Notes under the pieces: model-generated
Seen by the model: only the letters and a program-made list of their open reading frames with translations
Told to the model about the DNA's origin: nothing
The model's database searches: none
Program-made: the position numbers and the translations under genes
Origin: Haliotis cracherodii
Taxonomy: Eukaryota
Assembly: GCF_022045235.1 (NCBI RefSeq)
Contig: NW_027266265.1
Coordinates: 57,350,001-57,414,000 of the forward strand
Direction of reading: 5' to 3'
Length of the DNA: 64,000 nt
Shown: one piece after another, positions 13,138-54,100 of the stretch
Layout of the letters: every line of letters starts with the position of its first letter
Numbering within the stretch: the first letter of the stretch is position 1

Positions 13138-13290
13138 CATGTTGAATGTCAGATGAATAGTTATGTTGAACATCAAATGAATAGTAATGTTGAATGTCAA
13201 ATGAATAGTAACGTTGAATGTCAAATGAATAGTTACATTGAACATCAAATCAATAGTAATGTTGAACATCAAATGAATACTTATGTTGAA
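13138..13290. repeat. 24-bp tandem repeat
   Basis: gttgaatgtcaaatgaatagtaat-type units. Confidence 0.85.
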
Positions 13291-15729
13291 AAGAATTGGT
13301 TGTTTCAGATCAATTCTCTCGGTCCCCTGTGATGAAAAAAAATATGAAAACCGGTTGTATGGGACATATGCTCTGTTTGGGGCATATGTGAAGACACTTA
13401 GGGTTTCTGACACGTGTGATGTCAGTGCTCCTGGGCGCCTTTCACAAAGTGATCGTAGCTACGACTGTCATAAATCTGTTACAGTATAGGCTTGTTGTGA
13501 TCGTCGTAGTGTTAGATCAGTTGTTGAAACGGGTCCCAATCCCTGGTGATGCATGATCCTAGTGCTGTACTGAGTCACCTTGATAACAACATGGGTGAAA
13601 ATCTGTTTGTGAAACTGTCAATGCCAAAAATAACATGCTTTGTCTGACCTGCCTGTTTCATCATTAATTATATTGTGTGATGCTTTGCGATGGTTCTGCA
13701 TCTGTGTAGAAAGGTGCCTCTATGTTGGACACAGATTTCTGAAAAATGCATGAGGCCGGTTCAAGGCTTATTGTTACACAAGTTGTCCATTGCTCAACCT
13801 TGAGGCTGTAATCTTCAGGTTCGTTCAATATTTATTGCAGGTGTATGTCTTTATGACATTGTTCAGATAGGACTTATTTATTGCAGGGAAGGAGAAACAG
13901 ATTGGGTAGATTAATTTATAACATATAGACCATAATGAATTAAAAACAACTGCTACAGTTTAACTCATGAAAAAAATTACTTTGAGATGGATGATATCTG
14001 TAATGGCTGCCAGCCTCACGCAGGTACCGGTATTTGCAGCGTGGGGACTCCAGGGATCTCCTCAGCTCGCCACAAGAGCTGACTAACGAGGTTTGGGTGG
14101 TCACAGTGTTGGACTGGGCTGACCTAGCGCCATCTCTCCTGATTATGAGGATTGTTGCTGTTACTGTCAGTCACTGGTTTGTCTGGTCCAGGCTACTGTG
14201 ACGCTTTGAATATTGCTGACTGTGCGAGACAATAACACTCATCCACTAGTGGTTTGTTTGTTGTTGTTAAATGCCACACTCAGGAATATTCCTGCTATAT
14301 GATAGTGGTCTGTAAATAAATGTCTGGATGAGACAATCCAGTGATTGACATTGATCTATGCAATTGGGGCTGCAGGGGCTGCTGGGGACCTATTTTCTTA
14401 CCTGGATTCCCCATGTGTGTCACTCACCAGTACTGCCACTACCAGAGAAGTCAAGCTGGGAGTAAGGGCTGGCTGTGCTTGTGTAAGATGAAACCCATCT
14501 TTGATGTCTGAGGTGAAATTCTATTAAACATCACACAGTTTCTATAATAGTTTCTAATGTTTAATTTATTGTGGTCTTAAGTTTGTGTGCGTGGCGTACC
14601 TTGTATGTGTTCATGGAGATGTCTATCAATGTAAAGGAAACGAAAGTGCAATATTGAAGATTATTTATTACCTTTCATCCCTGCCTCAGTACATGATTCC
14701 ATCAACTTCCTGTTAGTGTCCCTCTGCTTCATCGCCTAGCAACCATCTTGTATTAGGGGAATCATTATATTAACGAAGTCTTCCTTGTTTGTGATTCGAC
14801 AGACAAATGAAATTTGTTTGTTTTAACGATGTATTATACATGATGGGGATATGTCCACGGTGACACCTGTCGACCAGGTGGACATGTTGATGTTGTGTCG
14901 GATTTGTGATGCAAAGATATTTTTAGCCAAAATACCAAGCTTCCTACTAACAATGTTTGCGGTGTTCCTGCAGGGTGGAGATCGTGGATGGTCTGTTCAG
15001 TCTTATGAAAGCATGTATAACCCATGTGGCAGACCAAATAGGGGTGTTTAGAATAAGCTTTAATTGTATATTTAAGTGACTCAAGTTCTAAACGATGGCT
15101 GGATGAATAAATATTTATATATGTCAGAACTTTGAGAAGCATATCTCCTGTTACCAAATGTGATAGAAGCACTTAGTCAGTTAAGTATGGTCTTGTGAAA
15201 ATTGTTTATTCCAGATCAATACTATTGCTTGTTGCACAAATATTCTTTGCCAATATCAACATAGGGCAGCCCCCCCTTCTCAAAAAAAAAATGGTAGCCA
15301 AATGACAAAGATAATTAAATTAAATATAGAAATTTTCATAGCCAGAATTCTAAAAATACTAGTTCATAAAAATATTAAAAACTTTAACAGATTTTAGTTA
15401 AAGTTGAAACCATATGACCAGCAATCAGGGTTGAAATAACAAGTTAGTACATTCTGTGTGGCATCACTTATGTCTTTAATGCAGATAATAAACTTGGCTG
15501 GTCAAGAAAACTTTGTCCTGTCTTCATGTACATGTAGATACATGGCTTCTGGGGTGCTGTGTGGTCAGTGTAGGAAGTACTGGTCGGCCATAAACAGTTG
15601 TTTATTGTCAAAGTTGGAAATTAGTGTTACACTGCAACGAAGCAGAAGTGTGAAAATCACGATTCAAGGTTTCAAATAGTTGTCACTTCATCAGTACCAG
15701 AGAACCATGATGGTAATATGTCCTTCATT

Positions 15730-15857
15730 TGTAATCATATGACACCAGTTGGTAATCATGTGATACAAGTTGGTAATCATGTGACACCAGTAGGTTTATC
15801 ATGTGACACCAGTAGGTAATCATGTGACACCAGGTGGTAATCATAAGCTACAAGTTC
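15730..15857. repeat. 21-bp tandem repeat
   Basis: gtaatcatgtgacaccagtag-type units. Confidence 0.85.
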
Positions 15858-17976
15858 ATAGCCACCAAGATATTGCAGTATACACATCTTTGAGGTTGGA
15901 GATTGAATATAACCATTCATTGTGAATGTACCATTGTAAGTTATGCTCCCTACCATCATTCCTAGATATTTCATCATGGTACACAATATACACCATACAA
16001 ACCAGTACGGGTTGTTGACTGACTGTATACAGCAGTCCTCCTATAGCCAGCATACTGCAGTGTCTGTGGTGTTCCACAGGGAATGAATACCACCAGGCCA
16101 ACCAGTGAATGATAGGGAGTTACATAGAAAATATCACTCAATTATTACATAGAATTAGTTGTTATGATGGTGTTCAGCTGTCATACAAGTTATGTCAGGT
16201 TTAGCATGGATTTTGTACAAGCAAAATACTTCATAAGTAAAACAATCAAAATGTACTTGTATTGGTGATCAAATCAAAACAAATCTTTGTTTTTACCAAC
16301 GAATATGTATGTTAAGTTTTTATTCATCCACAGCAGATTAAAATTGAAAGCATTACATGCTCTTCTGGTGATACTGCTCTCTGGGTTTATATTTGCATGA
16401 CAAGTGAATAAATGTGTATATTTCCCCCCTAGATCTGTGCCCTGTGAAGATGTCTCCTATATTTTGTTAGAATCTGTGTAAAGAACTGCTTTAATATGAA
16501 TACAGCTTGTCCGGTAGTCAGCTCTTACATACTGTTATTTTCAAATTGTTTAAATTGGATTTTGAAAAAGTAAAGTGAAAAGATTTTAACCATTTTATCT
16601 ACCAAAATATACTGATGGAAACAAGGCATAAAGATGTTGCAGAATATTGATTGCTGCTCAATAAAAGGGCTCCATCGTGTCTCGGAAAATGTCGCAAAGT
16701 ATTTGTACCTGATCATGTTCATTACTTTTCGGATTTCTTTGGAGAAATAAAAGGAGTTCAAACCAAATATATACTTTCTTTGTCAGCCATTCCTTTCATT
16801 TTCTCCATCAGTTTGTCAAAAGAAAAAAATCTTTTCAGTTAACACTAGCCTGCTACAAGGTATAGGAGGTAGGTTTTCCTGTAATCCTGTTATCAAGGCA
16901 GAGAGTGACAGTGTGTAAGGCTGTGCTGCTCATACCGATGCATTTTACACAAAGCTTCTTGTGGACGTTGTCGGCGATGTTGACAACGCTGCAGTGAGCC
17001 AGGAGGAACACCATGGGCCTCATGTGATCAATGTTATAATAATTATTTTCAGTTTAGTTCTATTTAATTTTTTGCTGAAGACTTGGTTAGAAAGCCAAAG
17101 TTGTAAAGACTTTGTTTTGGTAAAAATATTCTGTCATAAAATTGGTGTTTGTTTTTCTTGTTCAGAAGTTGCTGCTGCATTAAGAGATTCTTGAGAGTGG
17201 ATGATAAATAGAATCTCAGCCTCGTGTGTTTTGTATATATCAACACTTGTCGATAAAGATTAAAAACTGAGGCTTATCGAGTCATGTTAAAAAATGTGTG
17301 ATTCATTGCTGGAAACACGACAAAAGAGAAGTAAACTGAACTCCTGGCACTACCACCCAACAATAATGAAGCTGACACGAGGTACTGATGCGAAGAAGTC
17401 TTAAAACGTTCATTTCGGCAGACTGCTTCATAATCACATTATATCACATTATGAAGAGGAAAAAGGGTTATTGTCAACCTAGGAATCACCAGACTCTGGA
17501 GTACTCTTACAGATGACATTCTTGCTGCTTAACTGACGTCAATTTCTTTTTTTACTTCTTGGCCATTCCTGGGTCAGCTCACTCAGGTTTGAACTTGAGG
17601 GTCTCCAGCTCTCACTTTGTGGCAGTAGATTTACACAACATGCTGACAAGTTAGGGTTCCTTTGTTCGTGAATAATGGATTTCGGAATTCGATTTTGAGG
17701 AGAACCCAATGCAATGCACGAAGATGCATCTACAGCACAGTGGGGGTGTTGATGGCAACAGGAAATGATTGATTTGTTTTCAAACTAAGCAGTTTCTTGC
17801 TTGGTTAATTGTGCCAAGACGCAGAGATATGATATGTTAATTTGAGGTTTTCATCCCTTGAGATAAAAACACACAAAGATATGCTCAAGAACATACTTTA
17901 ATGAAAAATCCTATTTTCACCTTGTTAAAGTCTGTACAATGTTTGGCATCAGGTTGAGATATGTTCAGTTTGGACC

Positions 17977-18012
17977 GGGGCTGGGGCTGGGGCTGGGGCT
18001 GGGGCTGGGGCT
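17977..18012 (+). repeat. (GGGGCT)6 microsatellite
   Basis: Six perfect copies. Confidence 0.95.
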
Positions 18013-18866
18013 GGCTCTTTGTCGAAGGAACAAAGATTTGTGTGGTTGAATAACTAAACAACATTTTTTGTAATAATTTATTTTACTCATTCAAAAGAAC
18101 TCAAAGTAGTTTTGTACAAAAATCTGTAAAATTGGACATTGTGTACATCTTTATCCCAAACATGTCTTCAACATGAGCTCGGGAAATATATTCGTGATAC
18201 TTGCATAGAAGCTTTATCCAATTGCTCCACGAGACGGGATCTACATTCACCATCACCCAACACCATTCACACATCATAACACATGTAAATGGACCAATGG
18301 GAAAACATCTGTTCTATTTCATCTGGCTGCACAGAAGCTCCACCTGTGCACCCACAAGATCTGTATTTTACCATGAATCAATATGTAAATACATTTAAGA
18401 CATTAACTACCTGATGATAAAATGACTCATGATAAGATCAGTGCTATACTTGCTATACTATCTGTCATTACTGATGGTGCTGGGCACACACCATCATGTG
18501 GAGAATCAGGGTCACTTTTTGTAGCTAGCATTTCCATGTCAACATTGCATTATATATAATGATATTACATCATGAGTTACATGAGCAATAATATGATGTT
18601 TCTCAGACAAATACCAGGGAGAATATGCCCAACCCTAAAGTTCTAGATGCTTTACACTATCACGGTATAAAACAGACATCATAAATGATGAAATATAAAT
18701 TCTTAAATATACACAAATATACATAAATATGTATAAATATGAATGTGAGTGAGTTGTTTAACCACTTCACTTTAAGTCAGGTGAGCTAAAATAATGAACA
18801 ACAAGTGGATGTTGAGTTTCCTAATCAAGGTCACATTGGCTACAGGTTCGGGAAGTTGTGGAGAAG

Positions 18867-46494
<27,628 letters not shown>

Positions 46495-46934
46495 GTTGTT
46501 TTCACTAACAACCGAGACATTCTCGTGAGAACGAGCGATGAAGTACGAGACTTCTATCATACGTGCAGGTGCGTAGTAAACAGAAAAAACACTGCCTATA
46601 TTAAGAAAGTACCACACATGAATGAGATAGTTTTCTTGTATAGTTCATGTTTGTTTTGTGATTAGTATTTCTTGTGCTTCTTTGACAATCAAAATAAAAT
46701 GGAATGCATGACTGTATATAGTACCAAAACGCATGAAGGAATTTGATTGAAACGGCTACAATTTTATTCTCGATTATCCAGCGAGAGAGAGACAGTGAGT
46801 GCGTTGACGTCATACATATAGATCTATCCTTGTTGACTTTATAATAGTGTTTAAAAGTGAAATACTAGCGACGCAATAACGCACCATTGTTGATGTCACA
46901 AGGACCCTGTTTGATTTTATTTGATGTTTGAGGC

Positions 46935-47341
46935 TAGGGCTGGGACGGGTAACTCGGGTATTTGGGTCGGGTGGGTACTGAGGAGGACCCGGGTACCCAC
47001 AGGACTACCCGGACCCGTGGTTAGTCACGTGATATATTGTTAAATGACAAAACATATCTAAAACTCTATGGTTACTCTACAAGTCACTAATGTTCGCATT
47101 TCTTTCTGACTAAGCACCATGCAATTCCTTCTGACCTTTATAGGTTTGAATAAAGATAAAACTTCAGTCAACTTCAGTGTATGCATGACCAGATTGTTTC
47201 ATACGTGTATCTGAATACATTATACCAGGGCCACGGTCAAACTATTCCCAATCGGACATTTTACACCTAAGTCTTGAGACATATAGCGGGTAATAGCGTG
47301 GTGGGTACCCGGGTAGTAAATTTGGATTCGTCCCAGTCCTA
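46935..47341. mobile_element. hAT-type MITE
   Basis: TIR tagggctgggacg / cgtcccagtccta; perfect 8-bp TSD tttgaggc (46927-46934 / 47342-47349). Confidence 0.9.
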
Positions 47342-47455
47342 TTTGAGGCCACACTCAGCACTATTCCAGACAGCTATACATGTATATATTAACGGGCCTT
47401 CGTCATAACAAGCAGAGGTAAATAATTAAAAAAAAATAACCTTGAAGATGCTTCA

Positions 47456-47655
47456 TGAGTGAGTGAATGAGTGAGTTGGGATTAATTTAAAGTCGCTTTG
47501 AACAGTATTCCAGTAAAATCACAGCGTGTCAGCTGGGGGGTACGTCTGGCGTGATGCAGGTCTCGGACGTTTACCACTCTGGTAAAAACCACGAGCACGG
47601 GTATGGTGCTTACACATCTAGAAACATAATTGGGGCGAACCTGGATTCGAACTCA
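47456..47655 (-). mobile_element. SINE family 1 copy, 5'-truncated
   Basis: Tail and body match 1681-1875. Confidence 0.8.
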
Positions 47656-47718
47656 CCAAACGCTATGATTCATCATAAAGACATGTAAAGATGATGCAGG
47701 TCCAAGACGTTGTGTTAA

Positions 47719-47857
47719 CCCTCTGGATGCCGAGGTTTTTTTCTGACGCACATTTTCCTAAGATCGGAAAAGTGAAGTGATGTATTTTGAATTATATTCG
47801 ACTTCAAAGTGAGGGTTGTAGAGGAGGGACATATATATCCCTATGGCATCCAGGGGG
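47719..47857. mobile_element. piggyBac-type MITE
   Basis: TTAA|ccctctggatgcc...ggcatccaggggg|TTAA. Confidence 0.8.
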
Positions 47858-48120
47858 TTAACGCACAATTATCGATGTGGTACTATCAGGGTTAATATAG
47901 CTATTGTTTGGTAGCATATTGATCACAAAAATATCTTCATATGTGAGGGTTCCAACAAACGAGTCCACCTTTTCCGTTTTGGCCGAGAAAACGGGCCGTT
48001 TTGGAGCTGTGCAGGTTTGGGTAACGACTGTAATTTGTGTACAATCAAGTGGAGCCAGGTTTTTTTTGTGTTCGTCTGAAATTGACAACTGACACAATCA
48101 GCTGATAACCACAAACAACG

Positions 48121-48168
48121 ATGGCAGACAAAAGTGTTGAAGATAGAGGAATGTCGATATTTCTGGAT
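48121..48168 (+). CDS. NECAB1: NECAB exon 1
   Basis: acgATGG; [16 protein letters not shown]|gtaagt. Confidence 0.9.
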
Positions 48169-51100
48169 GTAAGTGATGGTTTAAATCCCTAGCATTATCA
48201 TTGGTTATGAGGACTGGTGGCGTCCAAATCAGAGGTCGTCATTTAGCCTAGTTGTAGACAGAAGTTTACGAGGAAGTATTTCCATGTCAGACAACAGTTG
48301 GTCAACACGATGAGAGCAATAACAGGGCTTGTGCACGGTGAGGACGTTTGTCTTGCTGTTCTGACACGAACAATGTCCACAACATTTGACTGCTTGTTTA
48401 TTTTACATTTTTGTTTGGTAGTCGAGAAGGCCCGACGGAATTTCCAACGATAACATGTAGGCTTATGATGTATGCAAAGTTGATTACAATATGCTTCTTA
48501 TGCCAGTATTTCTAACTGGGTGTGTTTGTACTGAAGATTACAGAAGTACAATGTATTTAGGAATTGTCTGTGTTTTCTCCAGTTTTGCAGATTCTTGGAA
48601 AAGTTTGCACATTGGTTTTTCAATTCATACCTCAATTAACAAAATACACAGTCAATCCTTATAACTGAATTCAACAAAAAAAAAATGTGTTATCTTCAAA
48701 AGTTTAACCAAAAACAGTTGTATATATAAGCAGACAAAACTGATGAGATTGATAAACAATCCAAGTGTAGGAATACATACTGTGGCGTGATGTGAATAGG
48801 TGATTGTTTACTTTATGCACATAACTTGACACGCCCACAAAGTCAGTAGACATTCAACGGAGAGTAGAATCAAAACAAAGGACCTGTCAATGAAGGCAAG
48901 AAGCGAGAAGGACTGCAACAGTCCGGCGGTAATGAACCGGACCAAATATGTCCGGGAGAAGGCGGCTGTTTTAAATGACATGGTCAGTTACTGCCAGATT
49001 CAAACATAAGTTCCCTACGAACGGGAAGACAGAGTTGGAAAAATGCGGGTAAGAAATGAAACCCGAAGACATGAAATTTGTGGAACCCAGGCGAGTGGAA
49101 ATAAATCAGGCGAGCGAGCCTGCATGTTTGCTGTTTCATTCCTTCTTGGGGTAGTTTGGACAATGAATATGCATGAATTTAGATAAATGTCCTGTGCATG
49201 ACGATACTCGTGAGCAGAAAGGGAATAGTGGGCTTCCCTGACAATTCATAGTAATAGAAGTAGTCCTCCTTGGTGGGCGTGGCTTAATTTTTTACATTCA
49301 TTGGGAAATGTATGCAATAACACATGACCAATTCAGCTAATCAGAATGCAGGAATTACAATGAACACAATAAAAAAAATGATTGTAAGTGTATTAATTTG
49401 TTATTCTTTATATGAAGGATCCTGAGAAAGAATGTATAGTTCTCTATTTCTTCTTCATGATTGATCATGAATTGATAATCAATTAGTTTTCAAAATAAAT
49501 GATCAATCTTGACATGTTAAGTGATTCCCAATGCCAGCAGTAGGTATCTCATGCTTGGTGAAAGATGACTCAGATGGGCATCAGATACAGGCCATAGTGA
49601 TACAGGCAATTGTGTTACAGGCCATTGTTGTACAGGCCATAGTGATACAGGCCATTGTGTTACAGGCCACTGTCATACAGTGCATTGTCATACAGGTCAT
49701 TGTGATACGGGCCATTGTGATACAGACCATTGTGATACAGTGCATTGTCATACAGGTCATTGTGATACAGACCATTGTCATACAGGCCATTGTCATACAG
49801 GCCATTGTCATACAGTGCATTGTCATACGGGCCATTGTCATACGGGCCATTGTCATACAGGCCATTTTGTTACAGGCCATTGTGTTACAGGCCAAGGTGA
49901 TACAAGCCATTGTGTTAAAGGTCAAGGTGATAAAAGCCATTGTGATACAGCCCATATTGTTACAGGCCATTGTCATACAGGCCATTTTGTTACAGGCCAT
50001 TGTGATACAGGCCATTGTCATACAGCCCATTGTCTTACAGGCCATTGTGATACAGGCCATTGTCATACAGGCCATAGTGTTGCAGCCCATTGTCATACAG
50101 GCCATAATGGTTGAATATTGCTGACTGTGGCATAACAGTTAGATAAGCTAAAGTCTGAATGTATTGATAAGATATGCTGATGATGCTGTAGTAAATACTT
50201 TAATCAATTTCTAGACAGCGATATCATCTGGTGGGATTCTAATCCTAATATGCCTGTGCAGAGTTGTGTCCCTTGGGCATGCCAGAAACCTATGATTGTG
50301 GATACAAGTCACTGCTCGACACATCATGTTTGCTATGTCAGCACCATACCCTGCTCGTGGGTTTCACCAAAGTGGTAAACGTCTGAGACCTGCATCACTT
50401 TGAGCTTTCATCCCACATTAAGATGACATGATGTGATATAACTGAAATACTGTTCAATGCAACATTAAACCCAACTGACTCACTGACTCACTATGATCCT
50501 ATAATACAAGCATATTCTTATTTCTTTGCCAGGTGTTCAGAAGAGCAGACAAGGATGGTGGGTACTCTCTAAGTTTACATATTGCAGTATACAAACAACT
50601 AACTGTCCCAAACCTTCAAGATTGCAGTAACAAAATGTTCAGTGAATCTGGTATTGGTTCAGTTAATTGATGATTGATTGATGTAAGTTTCCAACCACAT
50701 TCCACATAGGTCATCAATTGATCTCAGGGCCTATTTATTGTTTAGCTATCATATAGATTTTAGCTATAAGAACCTTCTTTATCTTTTATGATTTATGTCA
50801 AATTATAAACAAGCAGCTGTTTGCTTTCATTTGCAATTTCGAACTCTGAATAACTCTTGAATAATACTTGAAACTATGGAAATAATTCTTGCGGTTATAA
50901 AAAACATCTTGATCATAAACAGTCAGTTCCTGGTAGAAGCTTGCTAGGAGATAGGTTCCCCTGAAATGATTTCTCAGGTGGAAATACTCTTCTTGACAGA
51001 ATACATGACCCTAGCAATGATGGGCTCTACAGTATATAGGAAATGTTCAGCAAGAAAACACTGCCATGCTGGATTCCTTGTGTGTGATTTATGTACAAAT

Positions 51101-54100
51101 ATAATTTCAGATGATGGTTTTATATCTTGGGAAGAGTTCATTGCCTTCTTTGCTGATGGCGTGATGGGAAAAGAAGAACTGAGAGCTTTGTTCAACGAGA
51201 TCGACACGCACAACACTGGGTACAGTAACTTGTTCCTGTTACCGACATCACCACGCACACTGCGACATCTAGCATATCTTTCTTCAACATGAGCGATCAA
51301 CACGCACACTGCGACATCTAGCATATCTTTCTTCAACATGAGCGATCAACACGCACACTGCGACATCTAGCATATCTTTCTTCAACATGAGCGATCAACA
51401 CGCACACTGCGACATCTAGCATATCTTTCTTCAACATGAGCGATCAACACGCACACTGCGACATCTAGCATATCTTTCTTCAACATGAGCGATCAACACG
51501 CACACTGCGACATCTAGCATATCTTAAACATGAGTGATCACCACGCACACTGCGACATCTAGCATATCTTTCTTCAACATGAGCGATCAACACGCACACT
51601 GCGACATCTAGCATATCTTAAACATGAGTGATCACCACGCACACTGCGACATCTAGCATATCTTTCTTCAACATGAGCGATCACCACGCACACTGCGACA
51701 TCTAGCATATCTTAAACATGAGTGATCACCACGCACACTGCGACATCTAGCATATCTTTCTTAAACATGAGCGATCACCACGCACACTGCGACATCTAGC
51801 ATATCTTTCTTAAACATGAGCGATCAGCACGCACACTGCGACATCTAGCATATCTTTCTTAAGCATGAGCGATCAACACACACACTGCGACATCTATCAT
51901 ATCTTTCTTAAACATGAGCGATCAACACGCACACTGCGACATCTAGCATATCTTTCTTAAGCATGAGCGATCAACACACACACTGCGACATCTATCATAT
52001 CTTTCTTCAACATGAGCGATCAACACGCACACTGCGACATCTAGCATATCTTAAACATGAGTGATCACCACGCACACTGCGACATCTAGCATATCTTTCT
52101 TAAACATGAGCGATCACCACGCACACTGCGACATCTAGCATATCTTTCTTAAGCATGAGCGATCAACACACACACTGCGACATCTATCATATCTTTCTTA
52201 AACATGAGCGATCAACACACACACTGCGACATCTAGCATATCTTTCTTAAACATGAGCGATCAACACGCACACTGCGACATCTAGCATATCTTTCTTAAA
52301 CATGAGCGATCAACACGCGCACTGCGACATCTAGCATATCTTTCTTCAACATGGGTGGAATGAGTATTTTCAGGTTTTCTAGAAAATGAATTTACTTGTG
52401 AAAAATGAAGTTCTTGGTTTTGTAGATTTGTCCATGAGATATTTTCTTTCGAAAGTAGCATATTTGAACTATATTTTGCAGTCTTCCATATACAAACTTA
52501 ATGTCAGGTTGCATGATTTTCAAGTGTTGCTTTGAAGAGCCTCGTTGTAGGGTTCTAGGTCAGACCTGGTTGATCTGTGATGAGAAACAACATCTGTGTT
52601 GTGTGTGGCCTTGTGTCTATACTACTCTGCACAAACACAATAAGGGAAATATTTTGGTGTGGAATTTGTCTGGAACAAACTCTTGAAACAGTGTACAGTG
52701 TCTGGGTAAACACCAAGTGGAAACCCTCTTTATTGAGGGTATTAGATCATGTGTTATTCACATCAGATCTCACTTGTGAACTATGATTTGATGCTAATAT
52801 CTGTGTTATTGCCTGCATAGTATCACTGTAACATACATACATAACAGTTTACAACAATGTAAGGATATCTACATCAGATCAGAATATAATGAACTCCTGT
52901 CTATGATGCAAAAGATTGCTATTACTGCCTGCATGGTAACACTGTAACATACATATATGTATATAAATAACAGTTTAAGACATAAGGATAGGTGAGGTGG
53001 GGTTGAACATCGTGTACAAGATTTTGAAATTTTATAGGGAAGTGCGTGCGTGCATTTGGAGTTTTGAAACTACTGTGTATCATGGTACAAGGTAACATTA
53101 CAATCTGGTACCATTTGAGGGCTATAATTCTGAACCAGCTTTCAATGCTGCAGTTTTGCTACAAATCAGAACTTAATAAAACTGACAGTAGTCAACATTT
53201 TTGTCTCATTGACCAGGTACAAACTCTGAGGACGTGTGAAGTAAGGTTTACGCTAATCCTCTGCAGTTGTTTTAAAACGAATTATTTTTAAGGCTGCTAT
53301 TACTAGTTCGCTTGATTGTAAGGTATGGAAAGTACGTAAGGAATACAAGATATCCTTATGTGGTGTCTCACCATTAACATTTGACTCTGCGAGGGTTCAG
53401 CATTATAGTCCATGCACACGCAGACATTTGGACCAACTCATTGGTTCAACCAGAAACATGACGTACATTCTGTATTGCGATGGTTTGGAACGTGTTTAAA
53501 AGGATGGGGGATACTGATGACATGCCTGCTCCCTCTAATCCAGCAACATCGACACGGGAGAACTGTGCACCTACGTCGCAACGCACCTGGGGGACTTCCA
53601 GCAGATCTACGGCACCCTGGAGGATCTGTCGGCCAAAGTGACGGGGGTGCTCTTCTCCACATCGAAGGTACTGCAGCTCATCCGGAGGACTCCATGTAGA
53701 CTGGTCATGTTCAGTGGTGTATAGTACTTGCTTTACAGATCTCAGACATAATGCGATGGTTGTTCAGTGGTGTACAGTACTTGCTTTACAGATGTCAGAC
53801 CACAGCGATAGTTGTTCAGTGGTGTACAGTACTTGCTTTACCGATCTCAGACCACAGCGATGGTTGTTCAGTGGTGTACAGTACTTGCTTTACCGATCTC
53901 AGACCACAGCGATGGTTGTTCAGTGGTGTACAGTACTTGCTTTACAGATCTCAGATGCCTGAATTTACGAGGGCGCAGATGAATATGTTGAGAGAAATCT
54001 TTTATTTCAGAGTTATGAGGGGGCACATGAATATGTTGAGTGTAATCTGTTATTTCAGAGTTACGAGGGGGGCATATGAATATGTTGAGTGAAATCTGTT

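Larger units (their letters stand above)
46495..48120. promoter_or_regulatory. Divergent MORN1/NECAB upstream region
   Basis: 1.6 kb between the two ATGs; TCTCGTGAGA (46521-46530) and CRE TGACGTCA (46805-46812); CpG-richer near both starts. Confidence 0.55.

Noticed and set aside
49531-50124. IQAIV and GHCHT repeat ORFs
   Set aside because: 15-bp minisatellite in NECAB intron 1.
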